A DNA stretch of 64,000 bases, from the NCBI GenBank assembly GCA_025061115.1, contig JANZKC010000001.1, positions 320,001 to 384,000 on the forward strand, read 5' to 3'. Positions 30,221 through 40,276 of the stretch are shown here, one piece after another (position 1 is the stretch's first letter; the number at the start of each line of letters is the position of its first letter). The position numbers and the translations under genes were made by a program. The DNA is from Candidatus Culexmicrobium cathedralense. Its GTDB lineage: Archaea > Thermoproteota > Methanomethylicia > Culexarchaeales > Culexmicrobiaceae. Below the pieces are notes generated by a model that saw only the letters and a program-made list of their open reading frames with translations, was not told the origin of the DNA and did not search any database.

Positions 30221-31426
30221 CTAGAAATCCTCAGTTAAATAATGCATGAGAGCATTTCTAACGCACTGAATATCTTTCAAGTACACGTGCTCATTTACGC
30301 CGTGGTAGTTGGTTCCCCTCCTAAGCGGCCCATAGCATATTGTCGGTATGCCCCTAGGTGCAAAATACCTTCCATCATTACCTCCAAATTCACCTGCAAT
30401 TGGTATCGGCTCGCCATAAGCCTTACTTGCAGCCTTTTGAAATGCCTTTGCCATCGGATGCTCAGGATCTATATGCCAATTTCCTCCACCTCTAACGTCT
30501 ACAAGCTCAGCATCAATCTGAGTTTCCTGCTTAACTGCAAGGAAGAATGATTTAAGCTCATTCATCGCTTCCTCTAAAGGCTCATCCGGAAGAACTCTCA
30601 AGTCAAACTTAGCTATTGCCTCCCCTGGAATCACATTTTCCTTCTCACCGGCCCTTAAAACCGTAATTGAAAATCTACCCCACAAGTATGGTAGTGGAGA
30701 TCCTGGCGGAGCAGGGATTTTTGAAATTTTCTTAGCTCGAACCTCAGAAAATCTCCTAAACCTATCTAAGAAAGTTATCAATCCATATATTGGATTCGAG
30801 TATAGGTGCGGGTATGCAGCGTGTCCCTGGGTACCTTTAACCCTAATAGTCCCCCTAATTATTCCTGAGGCCCCAATTGAAACTGCCTCTGGACCGCCGT
30901 CCAGAATAATGACTTCATCACATTGAACCTTAACCACGTTAACCAAGTATCCTATGCCAAATCTACCTCCAACCTCCTCATCTGGACTCATCATCAACTT
31001 CACATTAAACTTAGACCTGTCGGAGACGCGCCTCAAAGCTCCAAGCGCAGTTACTATAGCGCCCTTATCATCCGAAGCACCCCTCCCATAAGCTCTATCG
31101 TCAACTACTGTCAACTTGAATGGAGGATAAGCCCACCCATCACCTGGCGGAACCACGTCGTAGTGAGTTACAATTCCCAACGTCTTGTCGGCTCCAACAT
31201 CCAAAAACGCTACGAGATTCGGCCTTGAAATTTCATCGCCAGCGTAATCCACGCTATCATAAACTTCAACCTTCAATCCAATTGCTTCAGCCTCCTCCCT
31301 CAATATCTTAGCGCACTCAACATAACCAGTCTTCTTCATAACATCAGTATCAACCTCAACTATCCTACTCAAAATCTTCAACTCATAATCCACATCAAAC
31401 ACTTCAATCACCAAAAATAGCTCCAA
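30221..31426 (-). CDS. M20 metallopeptidase (ArgE/DapE family)
   Basis: Motifs HYDVVP, GRGASDDKG, DEE, GHAA, HGVNE. Confidence 0.92.
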   Translation of the reverse strand: MELFLVIEVFDVDYELKILSRIVEVDTDVMKKTGYVECAKILREEAEAIGLKVEVYDSVDYAGDEISRPNLVAFLDVGADKTLGIVTHYDVVPPGDGWAYPPFKLTVVDDRAYGRGASDDKGAIVTALGALRRVSDRSKFNVKLMMSPDEEVGGRFGIGYLVNVVKVQCDEVIILDGGPEAVSIGASGIIRGTIRVKGTQGHAAYPHLYSNPIYGLITFLDRFRRFSEVRAKKISKIPAPPGSPLPYLWGRFSITVLRAGEKENVIPGEAIAKFDLRVLPDEPLEEAMNELKSFFLAVKQETQIDAELVDVRGGGNWHIDPEHPMAKAFQKAASKAYGEPIPIAGEFGGNDGRYFAPRGIPTICYGPLRRGTNYHGVNEHVYLKDIQCVRNALMHYLTEDF

Positions 31427-31438
31427 ACTAAACCTAAA

Positions 31439-32338
31439 TTAAGCTTCCTTACCTCTCTCACCAATCAAAGTCAAAGCTATTCCAAACAAGGTTAATGCAA
31501 TTGAAAAGTATGTAGCTGCATAGCATTTCTGCTTTAAAATGAATTCAGCAAGAATAGCAGCACCTACAGGCTCACCCAAAGTAACAGTTGTAACTGCAAT
31601 TAAGCTAAAAAACCTTAAAGCGTAGTTCAGCATGGTGTGCCCAAGCATCATTGGAACAACAGCCAACGCAAGGAAAGCCAGCCAGGATTTCAAGCCATAG
31701 CCAATTAAATCAACCTTATTTAATATGGCATATGCAAGCAATATGAGCGAAGCCCAACTATAAACAAGCCCAGTATAAGTTAAAGTGTCCATCTCCCGCC
31801 TAAGAAGCCTACCAACAGCAAAGTAAGCAGCTACAGATAAAGCTCCAACCAACGCATAAATTACTCCAAATAAACCCACTTCACCTACAACCCTTGAAGT
31901 TGAAAATGCAAGCTCAGCAATGCCAACTATTCCAACAACCGACCCTATAAGCTGAAGAAGCCTCGGCCTCTCCCCCAAAATCATGAAACCCAGAAAAGCC
32001 GAGAAAAGCGGATGAGCATTAACTACAGTAGTGCTTATAGCCACTGGAACCATAAATAGGGACTCCATCCAAAATGCGAAGTGGGCAGCCAAGCAAACAC
32101 CGGCCAAAAAAGTTAAAACAATTATCTTCAAGCTAATCCGCGTCCCTCGCTTAAACATTAAAACTGCAATCCAAGTTAAAGCTGAAGAGAAAATTAATCG
32201 CCAGAAAGCACATACAGTGCCGGGCGCACCTGACAAAACAACAAGTATTGAAGCCCATGAAACGCTGAAAACTGCAACTGCAAGTGAAATTAAAGCTTTA
32301 AACTTTGAGGAACCCTCACCGCCATTTCCAACACTCAT
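31439..32338 (-). CDS. DMT/EamA family transporter
   Basis: About 10 TM; AFWRL, GERP, LGHT, LGEPV. Confidence 0.9.
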   Translation of the reverse strand: MSVGNGGEGSSKFKALISLAVAVFSVSWASILVVLSGAPGTVCAFWRLIFSSALTWIAVLMFKRGTRISLKIIVLTFLAGVCLAAHFAFWMESLFMVPVAISTTVVNAHPLFSAFLGFMILGERPRLLQLIGSVVGIVGIAELAFSTSRVVGEVGLFGVIYALVGALSVAAYFAVGRLLRREMDTLTYTGLVYSWASLILLAYAILNKVDLIGYGLKSWLAFLALAVVPMMLGHTMLNYALRFFSLIAVTTVTLGEPVGAAILAEFILKQKCYAATYFSIALTLFGIALTLIGERGKEA

Positions 32339-32399
32339 CCCTACTCTCTCGCATCAATACTAGTTTCAAGAACTCCACGAATTAACTTCAACTGCAAAC

Positions 32400-33428
32400 C
32401 TAATTTTGCATCTCTAAAACAAGTTTTTCAAGCCAAGCTAATTTCTCAGGAAGCATTTCAGTTATAGGCAATTCGTACGGGCACTTTTCTTCACACTGCT
32501 TACATTTAATGCAGCTTGGAACCTTCTCCTTAGCCTCCCTGTAAATACTCTTAACCCACTCAGTAACTCCAACTCTCCTAACAATAGACTCAATTCTCAG
32601 TAATTGGCTAATTGGAATTCCCTGAGGACACGGCATGCAGTACATGCAGCCTCTACAGAAGACCTTATTAAGCCTACGCTTATCCTCATCAATTACCTTC
32701 AAGTCCTCATCAGTCAACTCCCAATCCTCAAATAGCGTTTTAGCATTTTCCTCAACCTCTGCAATGCTTTTCATCCCAGGAATAACTGTTGAAATTGGAT
32801 ATTGAATTATGAATCTTAAAGCAGCTTTAGCATTTGAAAGCTCACCGCCAGCTAAGGGCTTCATAATAATCATTCCAATGTTTAGCTGCTCAGCGCGCGG
32901 AATCAGCTCCCTTTCAGCTTCAGTTGCTAGGTAATTAAATGGAAACTGCACGGTATCGAATTCCCCGGTCTCAATCGCCTTTAATAGAACGTCAGGCCTA
33001 TGCCCAGTAATTCCAATAAACCTAATTTTCCCATCCTGCTTAGCATCCTTCAACGCCACCAATGCGCCATTAGGAGCTAAAACCTGCTCCAAAGTTTCAA
33101 AATTATTTACTCCATGCAGCTGCCAAACATCAACATACGTGGTGCCAAGCTCGGATAAGCTGGCCTCCAAGTCCCTCATAGCTTCATCATAAGTTCTGGA
33201 TGCAGTTTTGGTTGCAATGTAAACTTCACTCCTAACATCGTTGAGGGCAGCTCCAATTTTACGCTCGCTATCAGCATAATTCCTAGCAGTATCATAGAAG
33301 TTTACACCCAACTCGAAAGCTCTACGCACAACCTTAACTGCTTCATCCAAGCTTAAAGTTCTAATTGGAATTCCTCCAAAACCTAAAACTGAAACCTTAA
33401 GCTGCGTTCTACCTAAAATCCTATACAT
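32400..33428 (-). CDS. Aldo/keto reductase with C-terminal 4Fe-4S dicluster
   Basis: Motifs DTARNY, ATK, LHGV, MKPLAGG; CxxCxxCxxCP and CxxCxxCxxxCP. Confidence 0.92.
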   Translation of the reverse strand: MYRILGRTQLKVSVLGFGGIPIRTLSLDEAVKVVRRAFELGVNFYDTARNYADSERKIGAALNDVRSEVYIATKTASRTYDEAMRDLEASLSELGTTYVDVWQLHGVNNFETLEQVLAPNGALVALKDAKQDGKIRFIGITGHRPDVLLKAIETGEFDTVQFPFNYLATEAERELIPRAEQLNIGMIIMKPLAGGELSNAKAALRFIIQYPISTVIPGMKSIAEVEENAKTLFEDWELTDEDLKVIDEDKRRLNKVFCRGCMYCMPCPQGIPISQLLRIESIVRRVGVTEWVKSIYREAKEKVPSCIKCKQCEEKCPYELPITEMLPEKLAWLEKLVLEMQN

Positions 33429-33482
33429 GGCTTATCGCTAATATTAGGGTGAAAATGAAAATAAGTGTTTAGATGATCTAAG

Positions 33483-33938
33483 CTAGATGAGCAAAATCAC
33501 CGCTGCAACCACGCAGCCATAGCGGGCAGCCTCAACCCTCATACTTTCAACCCGAACCTTAATCTCATCAATCTCCATGCCCCTCGCTTCAGCCATCTCC
33601 TTCAGCTTAGCCATTAGCTCCTCCCTCAATTCAACTTCAGATTTACTGCCGTACGCTTCGGCAATCAATCCATAATCAGCACATTTAGCAATTCCAACTC
33701 CAGCTCCAATAACTTCACCCAATTGCCCATCAGCCCTAGCCATGACCGTGAACGTCACCGTTCCGGGAAGAATGTCCTCATAATCCACCTCAACAGCATT
33801 TTTAGGCAAAATTGAAGTTACTGGAACTAAATTGCACTGGGCAATGCGAGCCTCCATCAATGCTCTATCAAAAGCATTGAGCGGGGAAACATTGCTAACA
33901 GCTTTACCCGAAGTCACGAAGTACCTAGTTGGCATCAA
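33483..33938 (-). CDS. pdaD: Pyruvoyl-dependent arginine decarboxylase
   Basis: LNAFDRAL and NLVPVT/SILP self-cleavage region. Confidence 0.85.
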   Translation of the reverse strand: MMPTRYFVTSGKAVSNVSPLNAFDRALMEARIAQCNLVPVTSILPKNAVEVDYEDILPGTVTFTVMARADGQLGEVIGAGVGIAKCADYGLIAEAYGSKSEVELREELMAKLKEMAEARGMEIDEIKVRVESMRVEAARYGCVVAAVILLI

Positions 33939-34046
33939 CTTCCAATCAACCTCTACCTTCAATGCGTTAAATAGCATTAATTTAACCTTTCGGCCCTAAA
34001 TCACTACGCTCAAATATTAGTAAGCGTAAATAAATGGGAACTTGAG

Positions 34047-35309
34047 GTGCAAGCCATGAACATCCGATTAACAGCCACTGCAGGCTTAATTTGGGCTGCA
34101 GCTTCAATGAGCGTAGGCATATTAAGCTTCACCCTATCATCAATAATATCATCATTAAATGCAAGTGGAATACAAGTTCAATTACTCGCCGCTTCAACAA
34201 CAATTGGAATGCTCATCGGAGCATCCGCAAGCGGACTACTAGCTGAAAGAATAGGGCGAAAGAAAACCTGCATAGCATTTGCACTCACATTTTCACTTTC
34301 CAACATACTCATATACATTGCACCCCAAATTTTCCACGCAATATTTCTACTAAGAGCCATCTCAGGAATTGGGGTTGGAGGCCTCCTACCAGTTCTAGCC
34401 GCACTAGTATCCGAACTCTCAAAAATGGAAGAGCGAGGAAAGAACATATGCTTTCTAGAGAGCTTCTGGGCCTACGGCTGGCTAATAGCACTACTCATAG
34501 CATGGGCAATCCTCCCAGTAACAGGATGGCAAGCAGCCATGGCTGCAACCGGCCTCACATCCCTAGCCCTAACATTAGCAGCATACCCCTACACACCCAA
34601 ATCGCCCAGATACCTAATGATGAAAGGGGAAAAAGGAGAAGCACAAAACATAGCTGAAAAGTATGGATTAAAGCCACCAAAAATAAAAGCTTCCAAGCTA
34701 AACCTGGCAGAGCAGATATCCATACTCTTCTCCAAGGATAATAGGCGAGTTACAATAGCACTATGGATCGTGTGGTTCACCATAGCAATGGGCTACTACG
34801 GAGTCTTCATATGGCTTCCAAAAAGCGTTTTAGCAGCCAAAATCCCACTAGTAAAGAGCTTCGAATACCTAGTCATCATGACAATAGCTCAAATACCAGG
34901 CTACTACAGCGCAGTAGCCCTCGTCGAGAAAGTGGGCAGAAAACCAATTCTAGGAGGATACCTAGCACTAACAGCGCTATCCTCATTCATGTACGCAAAC
35001 TCAACAACAGTAACTGAAATGCTCATCTGGGGCAGCACACTATCATTCTTCGACCTAGGATCATGGGCAGCAATATACGCCTACACCCCAGAGCAATATC
35101 CAACCCACGTTAGAGGACTTGGATCCTCATGGGCCTCAGCAATTGGAAGAATTGGAGCAATACTTGGACCATACATAGTTCCACCACTAGTAGCCATGGG
35201 AGGCTGGTTCCAAGCATTCAGCTTCTTCGCACTAGTACACCTAATCGGTGCAGCAGCAGCATTCATGGGAAGAGAAATGAAGGGCAAAGAAATGCCAGAA
35301 CTAATTTAA
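34047..35309 (+). CDS. MFS transporter (sugar / aromatic acid type)
   Basis: Motifs GLLAERIGRK, PKSPRYL, EKVGRK, YTPEQYPT..RG.G. Confidence 0.92.
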   Translation: MQAMNIRLTATAGLIWAAASMSVGILSFTLSSIISSLNASGIQVQLLAASTTIGMLIGASASGLLAERIGRKKTCIAFALTFSLSNILIYIAPQIFHAIFLLRAISGIGVGGLLPVLAALVSELSKMEERGKNICFLESFWAYGWLIALLIAWAILPVTGWQAAMAATGLTSLALTLAAYPYTPKSPRYLMMKGEKGEAQNIAEKYGLKPPKIKASKLNLAEQISILFSKDNRRVTIALWIVWFTIAMGYYGVFIWLPKSVLAAKIPLVKSFEYLVIMTIAQIPGYYSAVALVEKVGRKPILGGYLALTALSSFMYANSTTVTEMLIWGSTLSFFDLGSWAAIYAYTPEQYPTHVRGLGSSWASAIGRIGAILGPYIVPPLVAMGGWFQAFSFFALVHLIGAAAAFMGREMKGKEMPELI

Positions 35310-35368
35310 AGGCAAAACTGCACTAATAAATAAAAATTCAAAAATAATCTTTAAATTTAATTAAATTT

Positions 35369-35875
35369 TTATTTAAAAATATGAATTAATCTTCCAATTA
35401 TTTTCATCATTACTAAAACAACCCCACTAATAGCAATCATATAGACAGCGACATCTGGCTGATAGGGAGCATACGAAAACGATGGCATTGGAGGAGAGCC
35501 GGGAGCTGGATGAGGAAACACCATTACGCGAATTATCATTAGGCTTTGCGCCCATAAATTTGCCGATATAATAGCTAACAAGCCACCAGCAAAACTAAAA
35601 TCACCCCAAAATAATGAAAGCACCATGAAAACTATGGAAGATAAATAAGCAATAACCGACAGCAATGCCAATGGATAATACTCAGCCAACCGCCCAGTAT
35701 TCTTAATAAAGCTAAGCGAATCAATAACGTTTAAACTTTGAACTTTAACTACTTCCATTTTCTGCAAATCATATATTCCAGTCCAAGGCAGAAATAAAGA
35801 TAAAATCAGAATTGAAAACATAAGTATTTTAATTACCTGCATCACGCTTAAACTACTCTTTAATGATAACAACAA
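35369..35875 (-). CDS. Hypothetical membrane protein
   Basis: About 4 TM, LFLPW motif, GAGGGG SD. Confidence 0.65.
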   Translation of the reverse strand: MLLSLKSSLSVMQVIKILMFSILILSLFLPWTGIYDLQKMEVVKVQSLNVIDSLSFIKNTGRLAEYYPLALLSVIAYLSSIVFMVLSLFWGDFSFAGGLLAIISANLWAQSLMIIRVMVFPHPAPGSPPMPSFSYAPYQPDVAVYMIAISGVVLVMMKIIGRLIHIFK

Positions 35876-36227
35876 TACCCCTCACCGACACCATCTAATC
35901 CATTATTTTATAATTCAATTAAATTTATTTAACATACTACTTAGCTAATTTGAGTTCCACTTCATTATCCATAATAAACAACTAAGTAAAGTGTATGCCA
36001 CTTATCTTCCTCCCTGTATTAAATTGCCATAAAAGCTCGCACCAAACTTAAACGGCTAATCAAACTAATTACATGACTAACTTCACAAGTTAATCCCTTG
36101 CATTAACAAGTTGAAATGAGCAAAGCAACATAAGCTTAGCTTTAGCAATCTCATAAGGACATAAAATTAGAAGGAAATGCTAGTGGTGAAGCTAATTGGA
36201 AGCAGAATTAAAATACAATAACAATAA

Positions 36228-37208
36228 TTATCCAAATATAATTTCTATTATCTGCTTAATTGCTAGTGGATTTAAATCCGTATTATCAATTGTTTGAACA
36301 CCTCTCAAGCTTAACTTGTATTTAACTCCTCTTGGAACCTTAACTTTTGAAACTAGAATTATCCCCCCTGGATTGTAGAGCTTACGATATAATTCAATGA
36401 CCTTTACTGCATCAACATTCTCAACTTCACCGCTGGTTAAGTGCTTAATTCCCTTAGACTTCCTAGTGCTCTTCCACCATCCAGTGATTTCCTTGCATTC
36501 AATTATGAAGTCTGGAGATTTAATTAGTGTAGCGTTAGACTTTTCATCGACGATATTTTCAATCCAGCCCCTGTAAATCATTATGTCTGGCCTTGGCGCA
36601 GCGTGGAGGGGAAGTTCATCCTCACTTTTCAGAGGTAAGCTCCACTTTATAGGCCTTGGAGCTTCTATGAAGAAGCTGAAATATGATCCATTCATCTCTA
36701 TGATGTAGTTTGGAGGAATGTGTCCGCCGCGCTGATGACCTTTCCTGTCTAGGTGCACCCAAGAGTTGGGAGGATATTTAACTTTAATATCATAATTGTA
36801 CATATTGTAGAGTATTGATAGCGCAATGAAATTTTGGAACAATATTCTACTATTAGTATCAATGCACTTTCTCACAGTTAGATTTGCAATCTGATTAAAT
36901 CGCTTAAGCGCCAACTTCCTCTTCACCGAACTCTCAATCTTAGATATTAAGACGTCTCTAATGTGGCTTAATGGATCTTGAATAAATGAGTTGAAAGCCT
37001 TGCTGTGGAAGATATACTTGATGCCGAAGAAAGTCTTGACATCATCGCACAAGCGGCTGTACTTAGATATATCCAGCTCAATTTTTTCAATTTCACCTTT
37101 ATACTTCTCATTAAGATAAGCATCAGCTACATCGTAAATTAGCTCTTCATCTGGGCTGGAAGCTTCAATTAGCTTCTTATACAGCTCTCTCCAATTCATA
37201 TCCATCAC
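36228..37208 (-). CDS. Hypothetical protein with putative PD-(D/E)XK nuclease C-terminus
   Basis: RPDIMIY...PDFIIECK pattern. Confidence 0.6.
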   Translation of the reverse strand: MMDMNWRELYKKLIEASSPDEELIYDVADAYLNEKYKGEIEKIELDISKYSRLCDDVKTFFGIKYIFHSKAFNSFIQDPLSHIRDVLISKIESSVKRKLALKRFNQIANLTVRKCIDTNSRILFQNFIALSILYNMYNYDIKVKYPPNSWVHLDRKGHQRGGHIPPNYIIEMNGSYFSFFIEAPRPIKWSLPLKSEDELPLHAAPRPDIMIYRGWIENIVDEKSNATLIKSPDFIIECKEITGWWKSTRKSKGIKHLTSGEVENVDAVKVIELYRKLYNPGGIILVSKVKVPRGVKYKLSLRGVQTIDNTDLNPLAIKQIIEIIFG

Positions 37209-37258
37209 CAGCGATAATGTGAAGTGGTAAAAGTAGTGATCCTAAAATTTATGAGAAA

Positions 37259-38512
37259 TTACACTCCTCTATTTACTTCAATTCTACCTTCCTTCATCAC
37301 CAACCTTATATTTTCGATTTTTCGCAGAACCCTAATATCTTCAAGAGGGTTTCCATCAACTACGATGACGTCAGCCAGCTTACCAACCTCAATAGTTCCA
37401 ATTTTATCAGCTAAGCCGCAAGCTTCAGCTGCAATTTTAGTTGCAGACACAATGGCATCCATAGGCTTAAATCCAACCTCATCAACTAGCAACTCCAACT
37501 CCATTGCATTAGTACCCATCCGCCATAGAGGAGGGCCGCCAAAGTCAGTTCCAGTAGCAATCTTAACACCAGCCTCATAAGCCAACTTAACGCTCTTCAA
37601 GTGGTACTCGAAAGCCTCAGCAGCCTTCCTCACACCCCACTCAATAATGCCAGCCTCCTTACCCTTAGTGACAATCTGATGCGAAATCGAAAGAGTCGGC
37701 ACCAAAATAACATTTCTCCCCTTCATCATCCTGATAGCCTCATCATCCAAGTATATTCCATGATCAATAGTTTTAACTCCAGCAGCAATAGCAATCTTAA
37801 TACCCTCAGTACCCTGAGCATGGGCAGAAACAAAAGTCCCAACCTTCCTAGCCTCCTCAACTATAGCTCTAATCTCGTCAAACGAAAATTGAGTATGCTC
37901 AGGCCTATCACGCATAGACAATACGCCGCCAGTAGCGCAAATCTTAATAAAGTCAGCACCCTCCCTCAAAGCATACCTAGCAGCCCTACGGCAATCATCA
38001 ACACCATCACAGATAGTGGGAATCTTCTGCTTAACCCACTCAATAGGGAGAAAATGGATATCACCATGACCAAAAGTTTGACTCAAAACATGCCCAGCAG
38101 CCAAAATCCTCGGCCCACGAACACTGCCCTCATTAATAGCCATCTTCAAATACAAGCCATTAGTACCGCCACAATCCTTAACAGTAGTAAAGCCAGCCCC
38201 CAACAAAGCCTCAGCATCACTAACACACCTCAAAAGCCTAACCTGCTCAGGAACAACAAAATACTCCTCCAACCTATGAGTGCGAGTACCCATAAAATGA
38301 ACATGAGCATCAATCAAACCAGGCATAACAGTCAAACCATCAACATCAATAACCTCAGCACCAGCCGGAACCTCAACATCACCAACACGCCCAACAGCCC
38401 TAATCCTACCACCCTCAACCACAACAACACTTCTATCAATTGGGGAAGAACCAGAACCATCAATCAAAAAGCCATTAACCAAAGCTAAACTCTTGCCACA
38501 ACACCTAGCCAT
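37259..38512 (-). CDS. Metal-dependent amidohydrolase, prolidase/peptidase-like subgroup
   Basis: Motifs PGLIDAHVH, GHGD, FIKICATGG, HAQ, DHG, GTDFG; GGTGA SD before ATG 38512. Confidence 0.9.
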   Translation of the reverse strand: MARCCGKSLALVNGFLIDGSGSSPIDRSVVVVEGGRIRAVGRVGDVEVPAGAEVIDVDGLTVMPGLIDAHVHFMGTRTHRLEEYFVVPEQVRLLRCVSDAEALLGAGFTTVKDCGGTNGLYLKMAINEGSVRGPRILAAGHVLSQTFGHGDIHFLPIEWVKQKIPTICDGVDDCRRAARYALREGADFIKICATGGVLSMRDRPEHTQFSFDEIRAIVEEARKVGTFVSAHAQGTEGIKIAIAAGVKTIDHGIYLDDEAIRMMKGRNVILVPTLSISHQIVTKGKEAGIIEWGVRKAAEAFEYHLKSVKLAYEAGVKIATGTDFGGPPLWRMGTNAMELELLVDEVGFKPMDAIVSATKIAAEACGLADKIGTIEVGKLADVIVVDGNPLEDIRVLRKIENIRLVMKEGRIEVNRGV

Positions 38513-38574
38513 AAAATCACCAGCAATAATAGAAAGACGCAAAAAATAACCTTAACGGTAAAAATAGAAGTAAA

Positions 38575-39744
38575 CTATGCAGGTATACTACGCAACTTCA
38601 CTGCTTTCCTCGCTATCTCCTGAACTCTACTAATATACTGCTTATGAGGATAAATCCACCTACCATCCACATACCGCTCATAGGGAATAGTTTGACGCAA
38701 ATAGTTTTTAATGTCTAAAATTATATAGCTGAAATCACTTATTACGCCTATACTAGCTAGACTTAATAATGCATTGACAAAATTAAAGAATTCTAATTTC
38801 GGCAAGTACACGTTCATATATATTACATTCTTATTAACAACTTTAGCAACAGATGATGAAAATGGCTTTCCATTAAGAGATTTTATAAACTTATTTAATA
38901 ACACATTATTATTAAATTCAACTCTAAATACGTACATATCAGCTACACTCGATGGATATGGAAAGACAACCGGTCTATAACCTCTTATTAATTTAAATCG
39001 CAAAACATGATTATAATAATGATAACGAATTGCAGGTGGAGTCATTTCTAGCTTTGACGCGATCTCTCTAAAGCTAACACATGCGTCTTTTTCCAATTCT
39101 TTCAAAATAAATATGTCAATATAATCTGGCTTAAACATTAAATTATTTTGGTCAAAATCTACTTTTGAAGTACTTGAAGAAGACCCATTAACTATTTCTT
39201 TAATCCAATCATTCCATCTAAATAACCACTTCTTTCGTTTAAAATCAAACCAATAGAATCCTCTTGAAATATCTATGATATCTTCAACCCATTCAATTAA
39301 GAATCTTTTTATTAAACCACTTTGTTGCATACTTTCTAAGAATGATTTAAATTCAATTTCCTTACCAAAAGGAATTGCAGCACTAACATAAAAACCATTA
39401 TAGTACCCAAAGCAGGGTGCTATATAATTCCAATAATCATTTGCTTTTAGAGCCTCTTTCACAAAAATTCTTTTCCTTGGAAGAATCTCGATTAAAATAT
39501 AAGAAGGCCTTAAACCAATTTTCGGATAATTAATCTTTGTAGTAATTTTAAGCATTTTGTTATTTAATAGTCTTTTAAGATGATAATGAGCTAAAGAAGG
39601 AGATAAACCAGTCATTCTTGCAACTTCGGATATATTCCTAGGATTAGCACGAGTCAATGCCGAAATTAATTGGGCAACAACATGATTTAATTGATTAAGA
39701 TATGCAGTATATTTACTCCAGAGCTCCTTTTCTTCAGCAAACAA
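38575..39744 (-). CDS. Tandem (double) Lrp/AsnC-type wHTH transcriptional regulator
   Basis: Two HTH units: ISEVARMTGLSPSLAHYHLKRL...INYPKIGL and LKELEKDACVSFREIASKLEMTPPAIRYHY. GGGGG SD before TTG; AT-rich gene. Confidence 0.85.
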   Translation of the reverse strand: MFAEEKELWSKYTAYLNQLNHVVAQLISALTRANPRNISEVARMTGLSPSLAHYHLKRLLNNKMLKITTKINYPKIGLRPSYILIEILPRKRIFVKEALKANDYWNYIAPCFGYYNGFYVSAAIPFGKEIEFKSFLESMQQSGLIKRFLIEWVEDIIDISRGFYWFDFKRKKWLFRWNDWIKEIVNGSSSSTSKVDFDQNNLMFKPDYIDIFILKELEKDACVSFREIASKLEMTPPAIRYHYYNHVLRFKLIRGYRPVVFPYPSSVADMYVFRVEFNNNVLLNKFIKSLNGKPFSSSVAKVVNKNVIYMNVYLPKLEFFNFVNALLSLASIGVISDFSYIILDIKNYLRQTIPYERYVDGRWIYPHKQYISRVQEIARKAVKLRSIPA

Positions 39745-39807
39745 ATTGAGCCCCCTTTATTGTAATATTTTGAAGCAGAATAAAAACTTTTCTAAAGAAA
39801 ATTAAAT

Positions 39808-39828
39808 CAAAAAGAAAAAGAAATAAAG
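39808..39828 (-). terminator. Oligo-T terminator after the peptide ORF
   Basis: Minus strand CTTTATTTCTTTTTCTTTTTG starting about 12 nt after the stop codon. Confidence 0.6.
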
Positions 39829-39839
39829 TGTTTATTTAC

Positions 39840-39899
39840 TTAATTTGTGTCGGGCCAAGGATCATCTACAGGGTCTCCCATCGGGTATATCTCTACCAT
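39840..39899 (-). CDS. 19-aa acidic Pro/Asp-rich peptide MVEIYPMGDPVDDPWPDTN
   Basis: GGGGGAG SD about 8 nt before ATG; in-frame upstream stop; 28/60 GC within very AT-rich flanks; own TATA box and terminator. Confidence 0.7.
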   Translation of the reverse strand: MVEIYPMGDPVDDPWPDTN

Positions 39900-39950
39900 T
39901 TCTTTTTCTCCCCCGATTTAATTTTCAAGTAAATTATGTACTAATCTCGC

Positions 39951-39999
39951 CTTATATTTTTTCTTTTTTACAAAAATGTTAAGTTACTCTTTTGTAAAA
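39951..39999 (-). promoter_or_regulatory. BRE/TATA of the peptide gene plus perfect 10-bp inverted repeat
   Basis: Minus strand AAAAAGAAAAAATATAAG. TTTTACAAAA (39966-39975)-N14-TTTTGTAAAA (39990-39999) lies directly upstream. Confidence 0.6.
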
Positions 40000-40276
40000 T
40001 GGGAAGAACATAGTAGTGAATTATTAATCTTTTTTATGATTAGTTTATATGATTAGTAGATTGTATGTAATAATTTCTTTTATTTTATTATCCTTTTTTG
40101 TAGTTAGATTTTTATTTATTTTTTATATGCTTTTGCTATTATTTTGTAAATTAAATTATAGTAGTTTTACTTTTTCTATTTGTATTTTATAGAGAAATTG
40201 TTTTTTAGCATTAAGTACAGAAATCAATTAAATATCTTTTCCTTATGGCATACTGAATATGGCATTTTAGTTTTTG

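Noticed and set aside
37601-38488. 295-aa antisense ORF (similarly 23575-24096)
   Set aside because: Asn/Ser/Pro/Thr-rich shadow of a skewed real gene on the opposite strand.
39852-39899. Peptide ORF read instead as a C/D-box sRNA (CCGA...AGATGA...CCGA)
   Set aside because: No proper C box and guides of only 8-9 nt, whereas SD, ATG, stop and terminator fit a peptide gene. Not fully excluded.
39745-39930. G-strings (AAAGGGGG, TCGGGGGAG) as ORB origin elements
   Set aside because: No TCCA..GAAA core and no cdc6 nearby; both sit at SD spacing from start codons.
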